64,000 nt of DNA from Klebsormidium nitens (Eukaryota; Plantae; Klebsormidiophyceae): positions 121,779 through 185,778 of the forward strand of contig DF237072.1 in assembly GCA_000708835.1 (NCBI GenBank). The letters run 5' to 3'. Position 1 is the stretch's first letter. The number at the start of each line of letters is the position of its first letter. The notes under the pieces are model-generated. The model ran no database searches. It saw only the letters and a list, made by a program, of their open reading frames with translations, and had not been told where the DNA came from. Position numbers and translations under genes: made by a program. Shown here one piece after another: positions 47,119 to 58,599 of the stretch.

Positions 47119-49130
47119 GATAACCCAGTTCTGTAAGAAACTGTTGGAGGGTATTGAGAAGTTGGCGTTCGGTTGAGCAGACTGAACTTTTCAGACTTGC
47201 CAGATTGAACAATTCAGGCCCGTCGCGATGTTCTTTCGGGACGCTGATTGGTAGTAGACATCATGATCGTCGGGAAGCAGAGTTGCACGGACCTTTGACT
47301 AATGCGAACCAGTGGCAACAACTCAAAGAACAAAGAAGCGGCTCCAAGCCCCTTTGCCTTGCGTGTTTTCTTGAAATTGTGTGACTTGTCACCAGCTATA
47401 ACGAAGGATGCTTAGTACAATCTAGAAAGCCGACGGTCCGATCAATGTTACCATGTTGGGGACAAGGCGAGGATGAGCCTCTAGACTCGCTGATGAGATC
47501 TCATCAGGAGGGGATCCGACTTTCGTGAGAGGCTGATGCCGGACCAAATGCGTCAGTAAGATAGCTGATCGTTGGACAAAACGCGACAGATTCTACTGCT
47601 TAAGTTCAGCCCCATGGATCTGGCATGGCTGCTCTTCTTTCAAGTTTCTGAAAGCGTGCTTCCTTTTCTTGCATAACGTACGCCTTGTTTCTCGTAATCC
47701 TAAAGCTATATTGGACAATGTGACAATGCAATCTTTACTTTCTTCAAAGAAAATTTTGGCCGCCTTGGCTTTGCTTCGGTACTTCATGCAAACTCAGCGC
47801 TAAGCCAGCCGGCCGGGAGCAAGAGCTCGAGCAAAGCAAATACGGACGGCGGATAGCCAAGTTCGGTAGTTTGAGCCGCAATAATTCGTCAGGGCAGTGC
47901 ATCGAATTGAGCACGCAATGTCGTATTACGGTAGGACCCAGTCGGGTTGATAAATCTTAATGATTGGTTGATTTCTTTTAAGTCGACTGGAGTGAATTTG
48001 TGAGGAATTGCGCGGGGTTGACCATTGTATCGATCAAAGATAGTCTACTAGTAGCTGGGATCTCCGTGGAAGCGTTTTCTCGAGGTCAACTGTATGTTCC
48101 GCTTCTCAACGAAGAATATTCTCACCACATCGACAACCGCATACGGATCTGAGATGATAGGCGCATCTCGGACCATTAGTCTGCTGAAACCAATCAGAAG
48201 GAAGTCGGATAGGAAGGCCTGCAGTGTGTCTATCGACATTGGCCTGAATTTCATGGCCATCAGGACTGAACAGAATATTGGACTACATTCTTAATTATGT
48301 GGTCAGTCACGGTCAGACTCCCTGGAGCTCAAAGTCTTCAATAATAGTCATACAAGTACACCTTAATGCATTTCCAGTTCTGAGCGCGGGGCCTTCCTGC
48401 CAGACCCTATTTCACGGTTTCCTGCTTGGCACGCTTGCATCAGCTCTCACGGCGTTGAGATCCTTGGATACATGTATTCGCACTCGCTCCGCCTTTTCGG
48501 TCACCCACCGGCATGCGCGGCTGATTTGCGTGTCCAAACGAACTGGGCTGGAAGAACGTGATGCTTTGCGAGAGAATGAGGGTTTCGACCCAATTGTCCG
48601 AATAATCCGTTTCAAACATATCTCAGCAGAATTCTTAAAAGTCAGTTTGAATAAAATTTGAGTACGGAATACGTCATCATTTCCTACTAAGGAGCACAGG
48701 TATGCATGCGTTCTCTCAAAGTTCCGAGTGCACCCGGAAACCTTTCAGGCGCATAAGGTAATCATATTCAAGGGCGCCCTTCAAACCTTTAGTTGGGCAA
48801 GGCCCATACTTAAATCAACTTTGAATTGGATATTACTCGTTCAAATTCCCCTGAATATCTTGCAGCGAGGTACACTTCCGGATCGATGTTACAGGATTTG
48901 ATCCCGTGCGTCTCCTCTCAAAACGTGATTCTATTCATTTGACTGAGTCCTGCCGTCATATACAATTTTGTTTGCTTCAATGCCTTTTCCTGACGACTTA
49001 ATGAAATACTGCTCTGGAACCGTTCAAAATCAGAGGCTTCCAATCAACCGCTCAACGTGCTTCCCTGTCAAGCCGAAACGACAGCCCCGGAGTGTATTCT
49101 ACGAATTCAACACTCCCAGATTCATTGAAC

Positions 49131-49993
49131 TCACGCCTCGGTAGAGAGGTGGTTACACTCACTGAAAACCAAGCAAGCTGCTAGATCATCGAGCAAGATC
49201 CAGCGAGTCGACAGTATATGGTGAGTCCCTATAAATGTAAAGGTTTCCTGAACCATATTTCTGCGATCCGCACACTGTCCAATTCCAGAACCAGCCGTAA
49301 GCGTTTTCTTACAAGCAAAGACCTCCAAGGAGAACAAGCCTGTGTCAACCACAAGTCGTCTGAATGTCTCTCAAGTACCACGGCCAGCCGCCTCAAAGTG
49401 CCCCGCAATCTCATCTTTCTGTTTGCTAGCAGAAATAAAGGGCTTCGGGTATGAGAAGTTTGAAGCCGTCTCAGATTCGTGTCCAATCTTCCACCATATC
49501 TCCCATGGATTGAAGGATGCATATGCTAAAGGCCTCCCTTGCAAATGAACCAAGACTAAAGCACTTCCTGTAACATGTGGCTCCGGTTCGGAAGCCGAAA
49601 CCGAATCCGCTTGGGTGATTTGGAACGACTTTGAATTCTGGGTTTGTTCAATTCCCTGCTTCGCGTGTTTGTCGTGATCTCTCTCTGATGGAGTCTGCTG
49701 ATCAGATGTCTCGCGCTGAGTCAAACTTGTAGCACGCGCTGCCAGCAAGCGCTTGTACCCTCCTAAGGCTTCTATTTCTGCTTCAAAAGCTTTATACTCC
49801 TCCCCACAAAAGTCGCAATTAACACTGAGGGAGACAGAAACGCCTTCCTCCAGAGATCAGGAGCGTTTTCTGCAGCAGATTCGAGTGCTTTGCAGGCGAA
49901 GGTGGCCCGCAGCAAAGCGAGAGGGTCTTGCTTGGCAAGTTTGCAGAGAATGACCAACAGGATGTCTCTCGGAAGCTCTTGTAGCGGCCCCAT
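49131..49993 (-). pseudogene. F-box family paralogue, frameshifted
   Basis: MGPLQELPRDILLVILCKL start. Frameshift near 49820 before EALGGYKRLL, and a second shift near 49360. Confidence 0.75.
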
Positions 49994-50159
49994 GCCATGC
50001 GCCCCATGCCATGCGCTTTGTTCAGAGTAGCAAAACAGCTAAAGCAACTTCAAAAAGCCCTCATATGCATGTCGTCTACAGATCAACACCTTAAACCTCA
50101 GCTCGTTGAAACTGCGCAGCTCAGAACGCGCTTAGTTGTTCAGCCTACTCAAAGAGTGT

Positions 50160-50290
50160 AGCGGTCCGGTCAGTCCGCTAGCTCCGCACGCGGCCGCGCA
50201 AGCGGCGCAACGTTTGCACAGCGGCCGACGGTGGCGCGCGGGCGGCGCGCGGGCGCGTACGTAGCACGTGTACCAGGCCAGGTTCAACTG
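50160..50290. promoter_or_regulatory. GC island between divergent F-box genes, putative bidirectional promoter
   Basis: GCGGCCGC, GGCCGACGG and GCGCGC runs between ATGs at 49993 (-) and 50398 (+). Confidence 0.5.
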
Positions 50291-50397
50291 AAGGAAAGTC
50301 ACCGAGTGCAGCTACCTAGAACGTGCGCTCAGCAGAGGCTAGTACTAGACGAGGCCTGTATTGTTTGTTCATTTCTTCAAGGAAAGCGCCAGCCACT

Positions 50398-51322
50398 ATG
50401 GGCCCTTTGCAAGAGCTTCCAAGGGACGTCCTTCTCATCATCTTCCATAAGCTTGCTGAGCAAGACATTGTCGCCTTACTTCGGGCCACTTTCGCTTGCA
50501 AAGCGCTCCTCGACACCGCTGCGGAGTCTGCTCCCGATTTGTGGAAAAAGACGTTCCGGTTTCCTTCAGTGTCAAGCGAATTTTGGGGTTCAGAGGATTT
50601 CCAGGGCTTTGAAAGCGAAGTGGAAGCCTTGGGAGGGTACAAGCGACTGCTGGCGGCACGCGCTGCGAGCTTGCGGAATCTTGAGACGGCAACGTTTTGC
50701 AGCGAACAAGCCCGGCAAAGAGAACAAAGCCAAACTTTGGGTTTAGTTGCCACTTCTCCTGAGTCCGAGTCGGCGTCAACTGCTCCTGGTGTTGCATTGG
50801 TTTTGGTTCGTATACAAGGTAGGCATGTAGCTTATCAGGTTTTCAACTCATGGAAGCGTGCCTATCGCTTGCATTTGAGACCGTTAGTCCCATTACTCCG
50901 GATTAGGGATGAAATGACCGGGCAATGGCGGTTGGCAGGTGATACGTGGGAAGAGTTTCACCAGCTCGCGCTTGACACCAATCTTATATCACTGGAGCTC
51001 TTTATGTTTAAGAAAGAGCTTAGTACAACCAATTGTGTTGAGGGTGAGCGTGCATCTGTAAAAGGGATGGTGTACGGGATCTTTACTCCCGTGCCTGATG
51101 GAGAATTCGGCCTGTCGATTTACCGATTGTCCTTAAACCCTGAAACATTCACTTGGTTCGCTGCTACTCTGACAGGCAGTATACAGCGGCGCGCAATATC
51201 TGGGGACTTGTGGGCACGTAAGGATCAGGACACGCAGCCCACTTTTGTCTTTTAGCCTCGATATAGGAGCAGACTGGAAAATTAATTGGGAACATTCTGT
51301 CCTCCAACAGCTGCTCCAGTAG
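50398..51322 (+). CDS. F-box family paralogue. ORF 50398-51255, homologous C-terminus lies in another frame
   Basis: MGPLQELPRDVLLIIFHKL. Frameshift near 51210. The frame 51212-51322 (GHVRIRTRSPLLSFSLDIGADW) matches the 52.4-kb paralogue tail (GRVKARTCSLPLFSDIKIGRDGW). Confidence 0.75.
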
Positions 51323-51399
51323 GTTTTATTTTGAGCAAAGACATTGAGTGTGAGGTCGCAGAAGATGGCATCGAAGTACACGAGAAAGACGAAATTTCG

Positions 51400-51800
51400 A
51401 AGGAAGATTTATGAGTGAGGCTGGTATTGGACAAAGTCAACCTGCTCATCTGGTACGGAACAAGAAAAATAGTTCCAGCAGGTTATTCTGTTTCCATTCC
51501 GACAAGTGCCCCGGTATGCATGACGAATCGGCGCTAGCTGACCATGGAAGTGAAGCTCGTGAGCAGATTTTAAGTATCTTAGCAGCCCACATGGAATTTA
51601 AAGCATTGGATGGACCATTGAAGTTCATTCACGTCCATGAGAATCTTGGAGACCGATGCTGATGAAAGCATGACGTTCAGATCTCTTCAATTGGAAGCGT
51701 GAGGTACAGGCGTCTACTGCATCCGATGTGTTTATCACGACAGCATAGCTAGAGGGTCTCGAACCCACATTTGTTGCGCCAACTTGAATCGGCACTGTGT
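51400..51800 (-). pseudogene. Highly decayed F-box family relic
   Basis: Minus-strand GACCCTCTAGCTATGCTG matches GACCCTCTCGCTTTGCTG (QDPLALL) of the 49.9-kb copy. It shares GATAAAC..CATC.GGATGCAG with the 55.7-kb relic. Confidence 0.4.
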
Positions 51801-52149
51801 GCTTTTTGATTAATACCGAACAGGCTTTTCCCAACGTACCGTTTCTTTACTTCAAAATCTTTTTCATCAAATGCGATCTGCTCTCAATGCTGAAATCAGT
51901 CAGAATGGCGGTGATCGAAACGTGTTTTGGATACGAATTGTTTGATCGGGATGAGGTCTTCGTGAATCGTATCAGGCCCTTGAGAGATCTAGAAGAATCT
52001 CAGCTGGCATGGGGGCGGCTGTAAAACCTGGCCTTTCGTCCTGGTCGTAAAAGCGGGGTTAGAGATCCTACAAAAGTGCGTTTTGCTGCTACCTGAAGCG
52101 ACTTTATTGGGATCTTCCGCCCGACGTACGTGTCTATGCAGACAGATCC

Positions 52150-52280
52150 GGCGCCGCTGGGGCGTCCGCCGCGGCGGCCGCGCGCCTGTAAAAGCGAAAA
52201 GAGCCGCTCGCGGCTTCCTTCAAGCGCGGCCGCGAAGATTGGCCGACGGCTGCGCTGGCTGCATGACGTAGCACCAGTAC
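52150..52280. promoter_or_regulatory. GC island with GCGGCCGC and ATTGGCCG, putative promoter
   Basis: Upstream of ATG 52358. The leader TTGTTCA..AAGGAAAGCGC.AGCCA is shared with the 50398 copy. Confidence 0.5.
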
Positions 52281-52357
52281 TAGTGTGCACTTTGGACAGG
52301 TTGAATTATTTTCTACTTGTACCCAGCTTGTTCACTACCTTAAGGAAAGCGCAAGCC

Positions 52358-53270
52358 ATGGGCCCGTTGCAAGAGCTTCCCAGAGACGTCCTTCTCATCA
52401 TTCTCCACAAGCTTGCTGAGCAAGACACTGTCTCCTTACTAAGAGCCACCTTCGCCTGCAAAGCACTGCTCGAGACCGCTGCGGAATCGTCTCCCAAATT
52501 GTGGAAAAAGGCGTTCCTGTTCCCTTCAGTGACAAGCCACTTATTGGGTTCAGAGGAGTTCGAGGGCTTTGAAAGCGAAGTGGAAGCTTTGGGAGGGTAC
52601 AAGAGACTGCTGGCGGCGCGCGCTGCGAGCTTGACGCATTTTGAGACGGCAAAACTCCGCACACCAGAAAGAGAGACTCACCGAACAAGCAATTCGGTTT
52701 GAACAAACCCAAGCTCTGGAGACGGATTCAAGTGCTCTAGGGACTGGACTAGTTTTGGTCCGGTTACAAGGGAAGCCTGTAGCTTATCAAGTCTTCAATC
52801 CATGGGAGCATGCCTATTGCTTACTTTTGAAAGCGTTGGTTTCATTACCCCGGATTAGGGATGAAATAACTGGGATTTGGCGTTCGGCTGGTGAAGCGTG
52901 GGCGGGATTTCACCAGCTTGCTCTTGACACCAATCTGATTGTGCTGGAGCTCCTTCAATGTAAAAAAACCCCTATAATTGGTCGTGGTGTCGGTGAGCTT
53001 GCATCTGGTGAAAGGATGGTATACGAGACCTTTGCTCCCGTTCCCCGAGGAAAATTTGACCTGTCAATCTACCAGTTGTCTTTAGACCCCGAGACGGTCT
53101 CTTCAAGTTGGTTCTATGCTGCTCTGGCACGCACTATGCAGAGGCCAACTCCAGATAATGGGCGCGTGAAAGCCAGAACTTGCAGCTTACCTCTGTTTTC
53201 TGATATCAAAATAGGTCGAGATGGTTGGACGATTGACTACTTTAATCCTCGCTTTCTAACGCCCGAGTAG
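52358..53270 (+). pseudogene. F-box family paralogue with one frameshift
   Basis: First frame 52358-52702 (F-box through GGYKRLLAAR). The second frame continues to 53270 and aligns with the 50398 copy. The shift lies in the GA-rich run near 52670. Confidence 0.75.
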
Positions 53271-54349
53271 GGTCAAATGCCAGCAGAAACAAGAATCTGG
53301 ATTATTCGCAGAAAGTAGTCGCAGAAAGGGCACTAAGGTAAACAGGAACGCGATGGTTAGAGGCTGCTACAAATTAAGGAAAGTTTGGAAATCTAGAGCG
53401 CTCAATCCCTTTGTTAGATCCATTTTTACTAGATTCAACGTTTGGTCACGATACTAGATGAACGATCATAGATTGACGCAATCGTGTCCTTGTTCCTTAA
53501 GCCAGGCATGTCAGTGCTTAAATACAACCTGGCAAGCAGCGGAGAATTAGTACAATTTGAAATTTCAATTCACGATCTATGCGTAACAGCATGCAATAGA
53601 TGATACCTGGGTACATACCTGGGCAGAATCCATGGTTGTTAGAATGGTGCGCTTCCAGAAATCAAGGAACATTGCACGCACGAGGTTCGTTCAGATGGGC
53701 AATTCAGCGAGAGGAAATTTATGAAAGTTCTGACCGTTCATGCCATCTGGTTGAGAAGTAGGACTCGGTGAGTTCGCACTGACTGCGCGCAAGACTTCAA
53801 CTTGAAAGTTATGTTTTGCCGCCTGCGAGGAAGATCCGAGCGGATGATGCTATAGTAGCTGATGTGCCATTGGCGATGTCTTGTGGAAATGTGGCTTATC
53901 GCGCGGCTTCGTGGGCTGCATACAGCGCGGCCGCGCCGCGCGTGAACAAGCGAACACCGTTCCACGCAGTTGTGTCGCTTTACAAACTCTTCGTTAACCC
54001 GCCATGTACATCCATGCAGCAAGAAAGCATGAAGATCGTTTGACTCAAACAGAGTCTGTGCATAAACTGAATACGTGAGTTAGGCGGATCTTCTCAGCCG
54101 CGAGGTGCGTATCGGCTTCAGATGAGCTTTTGGTATCCGCATTCGTAGCACGCCAGAACGGCGCTGAACCATTGTACGTTCAAGTTAGTCCAGGATCATC
54201 ATATCGCCTCCATAATTTCCCTAGGAACTATCACAGCGGCGTATGATCGCTGTTGTCACCGACTAAAGTCTCTGATCAGTTGTCCAAACTAGCTCTATTC
54301 GCGTACGAAGTAAGACCAGTGCTTACAAACTAAAAAAGTATGCATATCA

Positions 54350-54943
54350 TTGGTTCCCCACACTTTCACGTCCAAGGTCAACGAGCTATCCAACGGCTCA
54401 AATCGTTCAGCGTCGCCGTTTCCCAGTGGCTCTCCATGGGAATTCCATCGAAGAAGTTGGGGAGGGGGCGCGCCGTCGGCTCTTCAGTCCTGGCCCAAGG
54501 AAGTGCGGGCGGCGGACGCACTGATGATCCCCCCGGCTTTGAAAGGGTTTGGAGCGTGGCGATTCTGGGACCGGTTCTTGCAGGGCCCGCGCGCGCGTAG
54601 GGCGCGCGAGACGATCCCCCGGCTTGTGCGGGGCACTGAAGCGTTGAAATTCTGGGACCAGCTTTTTGTGCGGAAGTCACGCGCAGCTGACCGGCAGCTG
54701 ATCGAAGAAAGAAAAACGGGCTGATATCAGTTGATGAATGCCAAAAGTTTCATGAAGCGGGTAACAGAGATTCAGGAGACGGTTTTGAGGTTGAAAGCGC
54801 AGCACAACAACGTTTTCTGCGCATATTCAGGAGAATGTAGGAAGCGGAACATTGGCAACCCCTTTCGCTGCTCTAAGGGAAACTTTCGCAAACATTTTAT
54901 GAGCTCTTTCCCCAGAATTCCTTGTCAAATTATGGGCTCATGA
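54350..54943 (+). pseudogene. Unknown ORF interrupted by a single in-frame TGA, with an internal ~50-nt repeat
   Basis: ORFs 54350-54724 and 54731-54943 share a frame. Repeat GATCCCCC(C)GGCTT..TTCTGGGACC at about 54524 and 54610. Confidence 0.3.
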
Positions 54944-55186
54944 CTCATCTCTGGGAGGTGAGCTTACTTCGTGCCGTCATAACGTCCGGCCTGCTTTTAG
55001 AGGGGTTAGAAGCCTTGATTGCTTCCTGCGCGTAGACACGGACAGCAATCAATGACTGAGATCAGTGCTTAGAGTTCGGTGCGCTGACGCCGTAAGGCCA
55101 TGCACCTTGATTTGAAAGCGAACAAACAAGAGCCTCTGATCTCTCACATTCATTGACGCTCAGATCCCAGTTTCGCCATCAGATTG

Positions 55187-55760
55187 TCAAATCATGACAA
55201 TTTCCAATCGCACCGAGTTGACCGAAAACAGGGCCTGACTGCAACAGGATAAATTTTCAAGGCACCAGCTTGTGACAGAGACGGCCCGCCTCAACACGCT
55301 ATTGGATCCCTCTTTCAACAGATTGCCTGCAACGGGTGAATAGAGTGAAATATGTCGAGGCGACAGGTTGAACAAACGCCTTACTCTAGCAGCTCCCCCC
55401 TTGGTGATATCTTCCTTGGCACTCTCGCTTTCAGGCGATTCGGAGCGCAGCTTCTTTTCCGCTTGTTCCTCCATATCTTCTTTCCTCTTTAACTGCTTTC
55501 CTTGATTCTGTGGAGTCTCAAAGTTGTCCATGTCGGGATTTCAGTTTTCGTGAGGTGCTGCTATCAGCTGAGTCCCTGTACAATCAGCCACCACGAGAGG
55601 CGGCAAGGCAACCTAGGCAGCGTAAGTATGTGCGCGTTTGTTCAGCAGCACGTCTTGCTAGCGGCCGACGAGTTGCAGAAACAAACATTTGCTCTGCATC
55701 CAGATGATGTTTATCGCAGCGCGCAGGAGTGTCAAGACGATCTGAGGTTAATCTTCATCA
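55187..55760 (-). pseudogene. Decayed F-box family relic
   Basis: SPESESA is identical to the 50398 copy. LFNLSPRHISLYSPV resembles VFNSWKRAYRLHLRPLV. The upstream LTLLRAA is broken by stops. Confidence 0.5.
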
Positions 55761-55819
55761 GCACTCTCAGCTACATTTGTTGAAGGTGCTGAGCGAGATT
55801 TTGACTGTGAGTGACTGGA

Positions 55820-55990
55820 CACGTAAGTGCGACGGCGGGCGGCGGTCACAGTAGGGCGGACGCACGCGCGCACCCTTGCCTCATCTCTAGGGTTTGAGGG
55901 TTCGAGTTGCGCAGGAAGCGCGCGCGTCGACGTTCACGAGCGCAGCAGGACCAGAAAAGCCGCCGCGCGGCAGCCAGCTAAAGCCGAAGA
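55820..55990. promoter_or_regulatory. GC island between divergent F-box relic and F-box gene
   Basis: CGCGCGCG/GCCGCCGCGCGG runs between the 55.7-kb (-) and 56121 (+) copies. Confidence 0.45.
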
Positions 55991-56120
55991 CTTTCTTGAG
56001 GGGTTTACGACTTGGAAAATGAAATGAAGCCAGCGCGCTGGCTGTAAGGACTGATACAGCCCCTGTCGGACAAGTACCAAAAAAACTTTCTCTAAGTTGT
56101 CTAAGTCACATGGTGTTGCA

Positions 56121-57142
56121 ATGGAGCGCGGCGATGTAGGCTTGCAAGAGCTTCCGAGCGAGATCCTTTCCATCGTTGCCCATAAGCTTGCTTCCCAGGA
56201 CCCGCCCTCTTTTGTGCGTGCACTCTGTGCGTCCAAAGCTTTTGAATCTGCCGCATGTGATCTAGAGGCGCCTGAGCTCTGGAAGTCAGCCTTTTATGCA
56301 GCGATTGCAAAGGAGAAGCTGCTGAATCTTGACGGAGTCTTTGATGAACTAGAGAAGGAGATTTTGGCCTTGGGTGGGCACCGCCGTCTTCTAGCAGCTC
56401 GATTGCAAAAGGTGGACCACACTGCGTCAGGAGGATCTGAACAAAAGCAATCCGAACAAACACAAGCTGAAACTTTAGGGCTCGGCGATATTCCGTCTGA
56501 AAAAGAGCTGGCAAATGACCTGTCTCTGGCTTGCCTCACCAGCAACGGCCACATCAAGTTCGCAGTTGAAGGAAGAAACCTGATCCTTGTTAAACTGCAT
56601 GGCAAGCCAGTCGCTTATGGAGTTTATGATCCTCACGCTCAAAAGTATTCTGGCAGCAATAAGACATTTCCAGTATGGTCAAAGCTGAGTGAATCGCCTT
56701 CGGTAGGCATTCCGCTTCAGCCGCTCATGGGCCTCTAGATGATGCGGAAAGTGAACTTCGGCGGGGTTTCTCGAAATGCGGGCACGATAGGGGCTTGGAT
56801 TATCTGCTGGAAGAACGACCCTTCACAGTTCAAGTCTTTCCAAAGCTCCTTCACTCTTGCAGTGCTCGGAAGTGCCCTTATGCGCAGGAACGTCAGCTTT
56901 CCCGGAGGACATTCGAAGCTGGCCAGTTTAGCACCTTGACCCCAAAGAGAGATACCTTTACATACTGGCCGCGAGGTTGGGATGAGAGCTATGGCCGGGA
57001 CATCTGGATACAGCTGCTGGGAGTTCTGAGGAAGGATTCGTGCCATCCCAAGGTCCTGGACGGTGACGAAACCAATGGAAGCCTGCACTTTGATAGACAG
57101 TGCAGGCGGTCTTGGACCTTCTTTTGGGATCTCAAAGAATGA
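56121..57142 (+). pseudogene. F-box family paralogue with a premature stop and a frameshift
   Basis: GLQELPSEILSIVAHKLASQDP..LALGGHRRLLAAR..LVKLHGKPVAYGVYD. TAG at 56736-56738. The homologous tail (YLLEERPFTVQVF..WTFFWDLKE) is in frame 56795-57142. Confidence 0.75.
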
Positions 57143-58599
57143 TCAAGTCTAAACGAAAGAACGGGCCCCTCATGGGTGGAGGATAGGGGAAATGCTGGAT
57201 ACTCTACAGGCGTATTTGGAATTGTAGGGAGGTAACTTTCGAAAGCTCCAGTCAAGCACAACTGGTAAGAATGTTCCAGGCAATTGTAAGTGGTGTCAGA
57301 GATGGGCTACAAGACAACCGTTTATCCTTGTTCAGTTGACGGGAAAGGATCTCGTATCATCATCAGCTAGCAGCCATGAGGAGCATAAACCCGTAGTTCA
57401 CAGGAAAAATATCTGCCTTATCATATATATTTAGAAGGCTTTTTTTTTTTTGTCACATGATAAAACGGCTCGGGCCCGCTCATAAGCTGAATTGAAAAAG
57501 CACAAATCACATGTGTACGTACGACGATGAGCAAGCCGACATCGTATGGCACCTCTTGGGCAGCTGATAGTTTGGGAGAAACTTCTGGCATGGTTGCTTA
57601 CTAAATGCACAACGGACTGGACTGCTCAACGTCGACGAAGTGATAGCCCGGTTCATTTCAAGCACCTTACCGGTACGATGCGAGGGAATGTTATGACTAT
57701 TGCTGTCCCCGTATATACTTAGCCTCCTTGTTTGCTATGATGCCCAAATATACGTGTACGATATGCGGATTGCAATTTGCACCTCCATTATCTTCATGGT
57801 TTTTAAGTGCGTGTGTCGAGGAATCGTAATTGAGACCACGTGGCTTACCAATCTTTGTCGCCTCTAGAAAGGTGGATGAGAAGAGTCTGACAAAGACATG
57901 AGGGCATGAGTATGTACTGGTTGTGCAGAACGGCGTAGTCTTGAGCATTTCAGAAACCTATCCATGCAGGGCTTAGAAGGATTACGAATACCTTGTTTTA
58001 TGTAAAGTAACCCTTGCGTCACCCGCAGATTATCGGATCCAAAGCACCCGCGAGCAGAGTTCCTCTCGCTTCAAATTGCACCACGAGGCTTGCGCCATAG
58101 CGGCCGTTGCTGGGACGACAGGAGTGTTGATTAGCCGTTAGAGTTCAAAGTTTGCAATGCATTGGGGGTCCGGTGCGTACAAGCATGTGTCAGGCTCGTC
58201 GTCACAGCGCGCGCTGAACTGTACTGATTTGCTATCAAGTGTTAGACACAGCTGGTGTGAACCGTCGAAACGCTTCTTGAATATAGTGCAACAATCAGAA
58301 GTTGCCACAAAGCAGTCTTCGTCCGTTGTCTCTATTGGGATTTTCGAAGAGATCGAGTGCGCCCGGTTAAATTAGTTTGTCGATCTGTCGGCGCGAGCGC
58401 GCGCCCTTTTCACCTTTAAAGATAAATAGCAAGCTTCCATTCGGAACTACCACGACCTCAGACCTATATTCTACGTGTCTAGCCGGCTTCATTATTTATT
58501 GATTGAAGAAAGCAGACCCGATACAATCAGCCTGAATCAGCTAGGATAATCGGGCATTGGCCGCGCGGCAACGCAGCGCGGTCGACGGCCTCCGCGCTG

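Noticed and set aside
47593-48661. Short minus-strand ORFs (47593-47787, 48048-48260)
   Set aside because: No homology cues or splice chain. Insufficient support for a gene.
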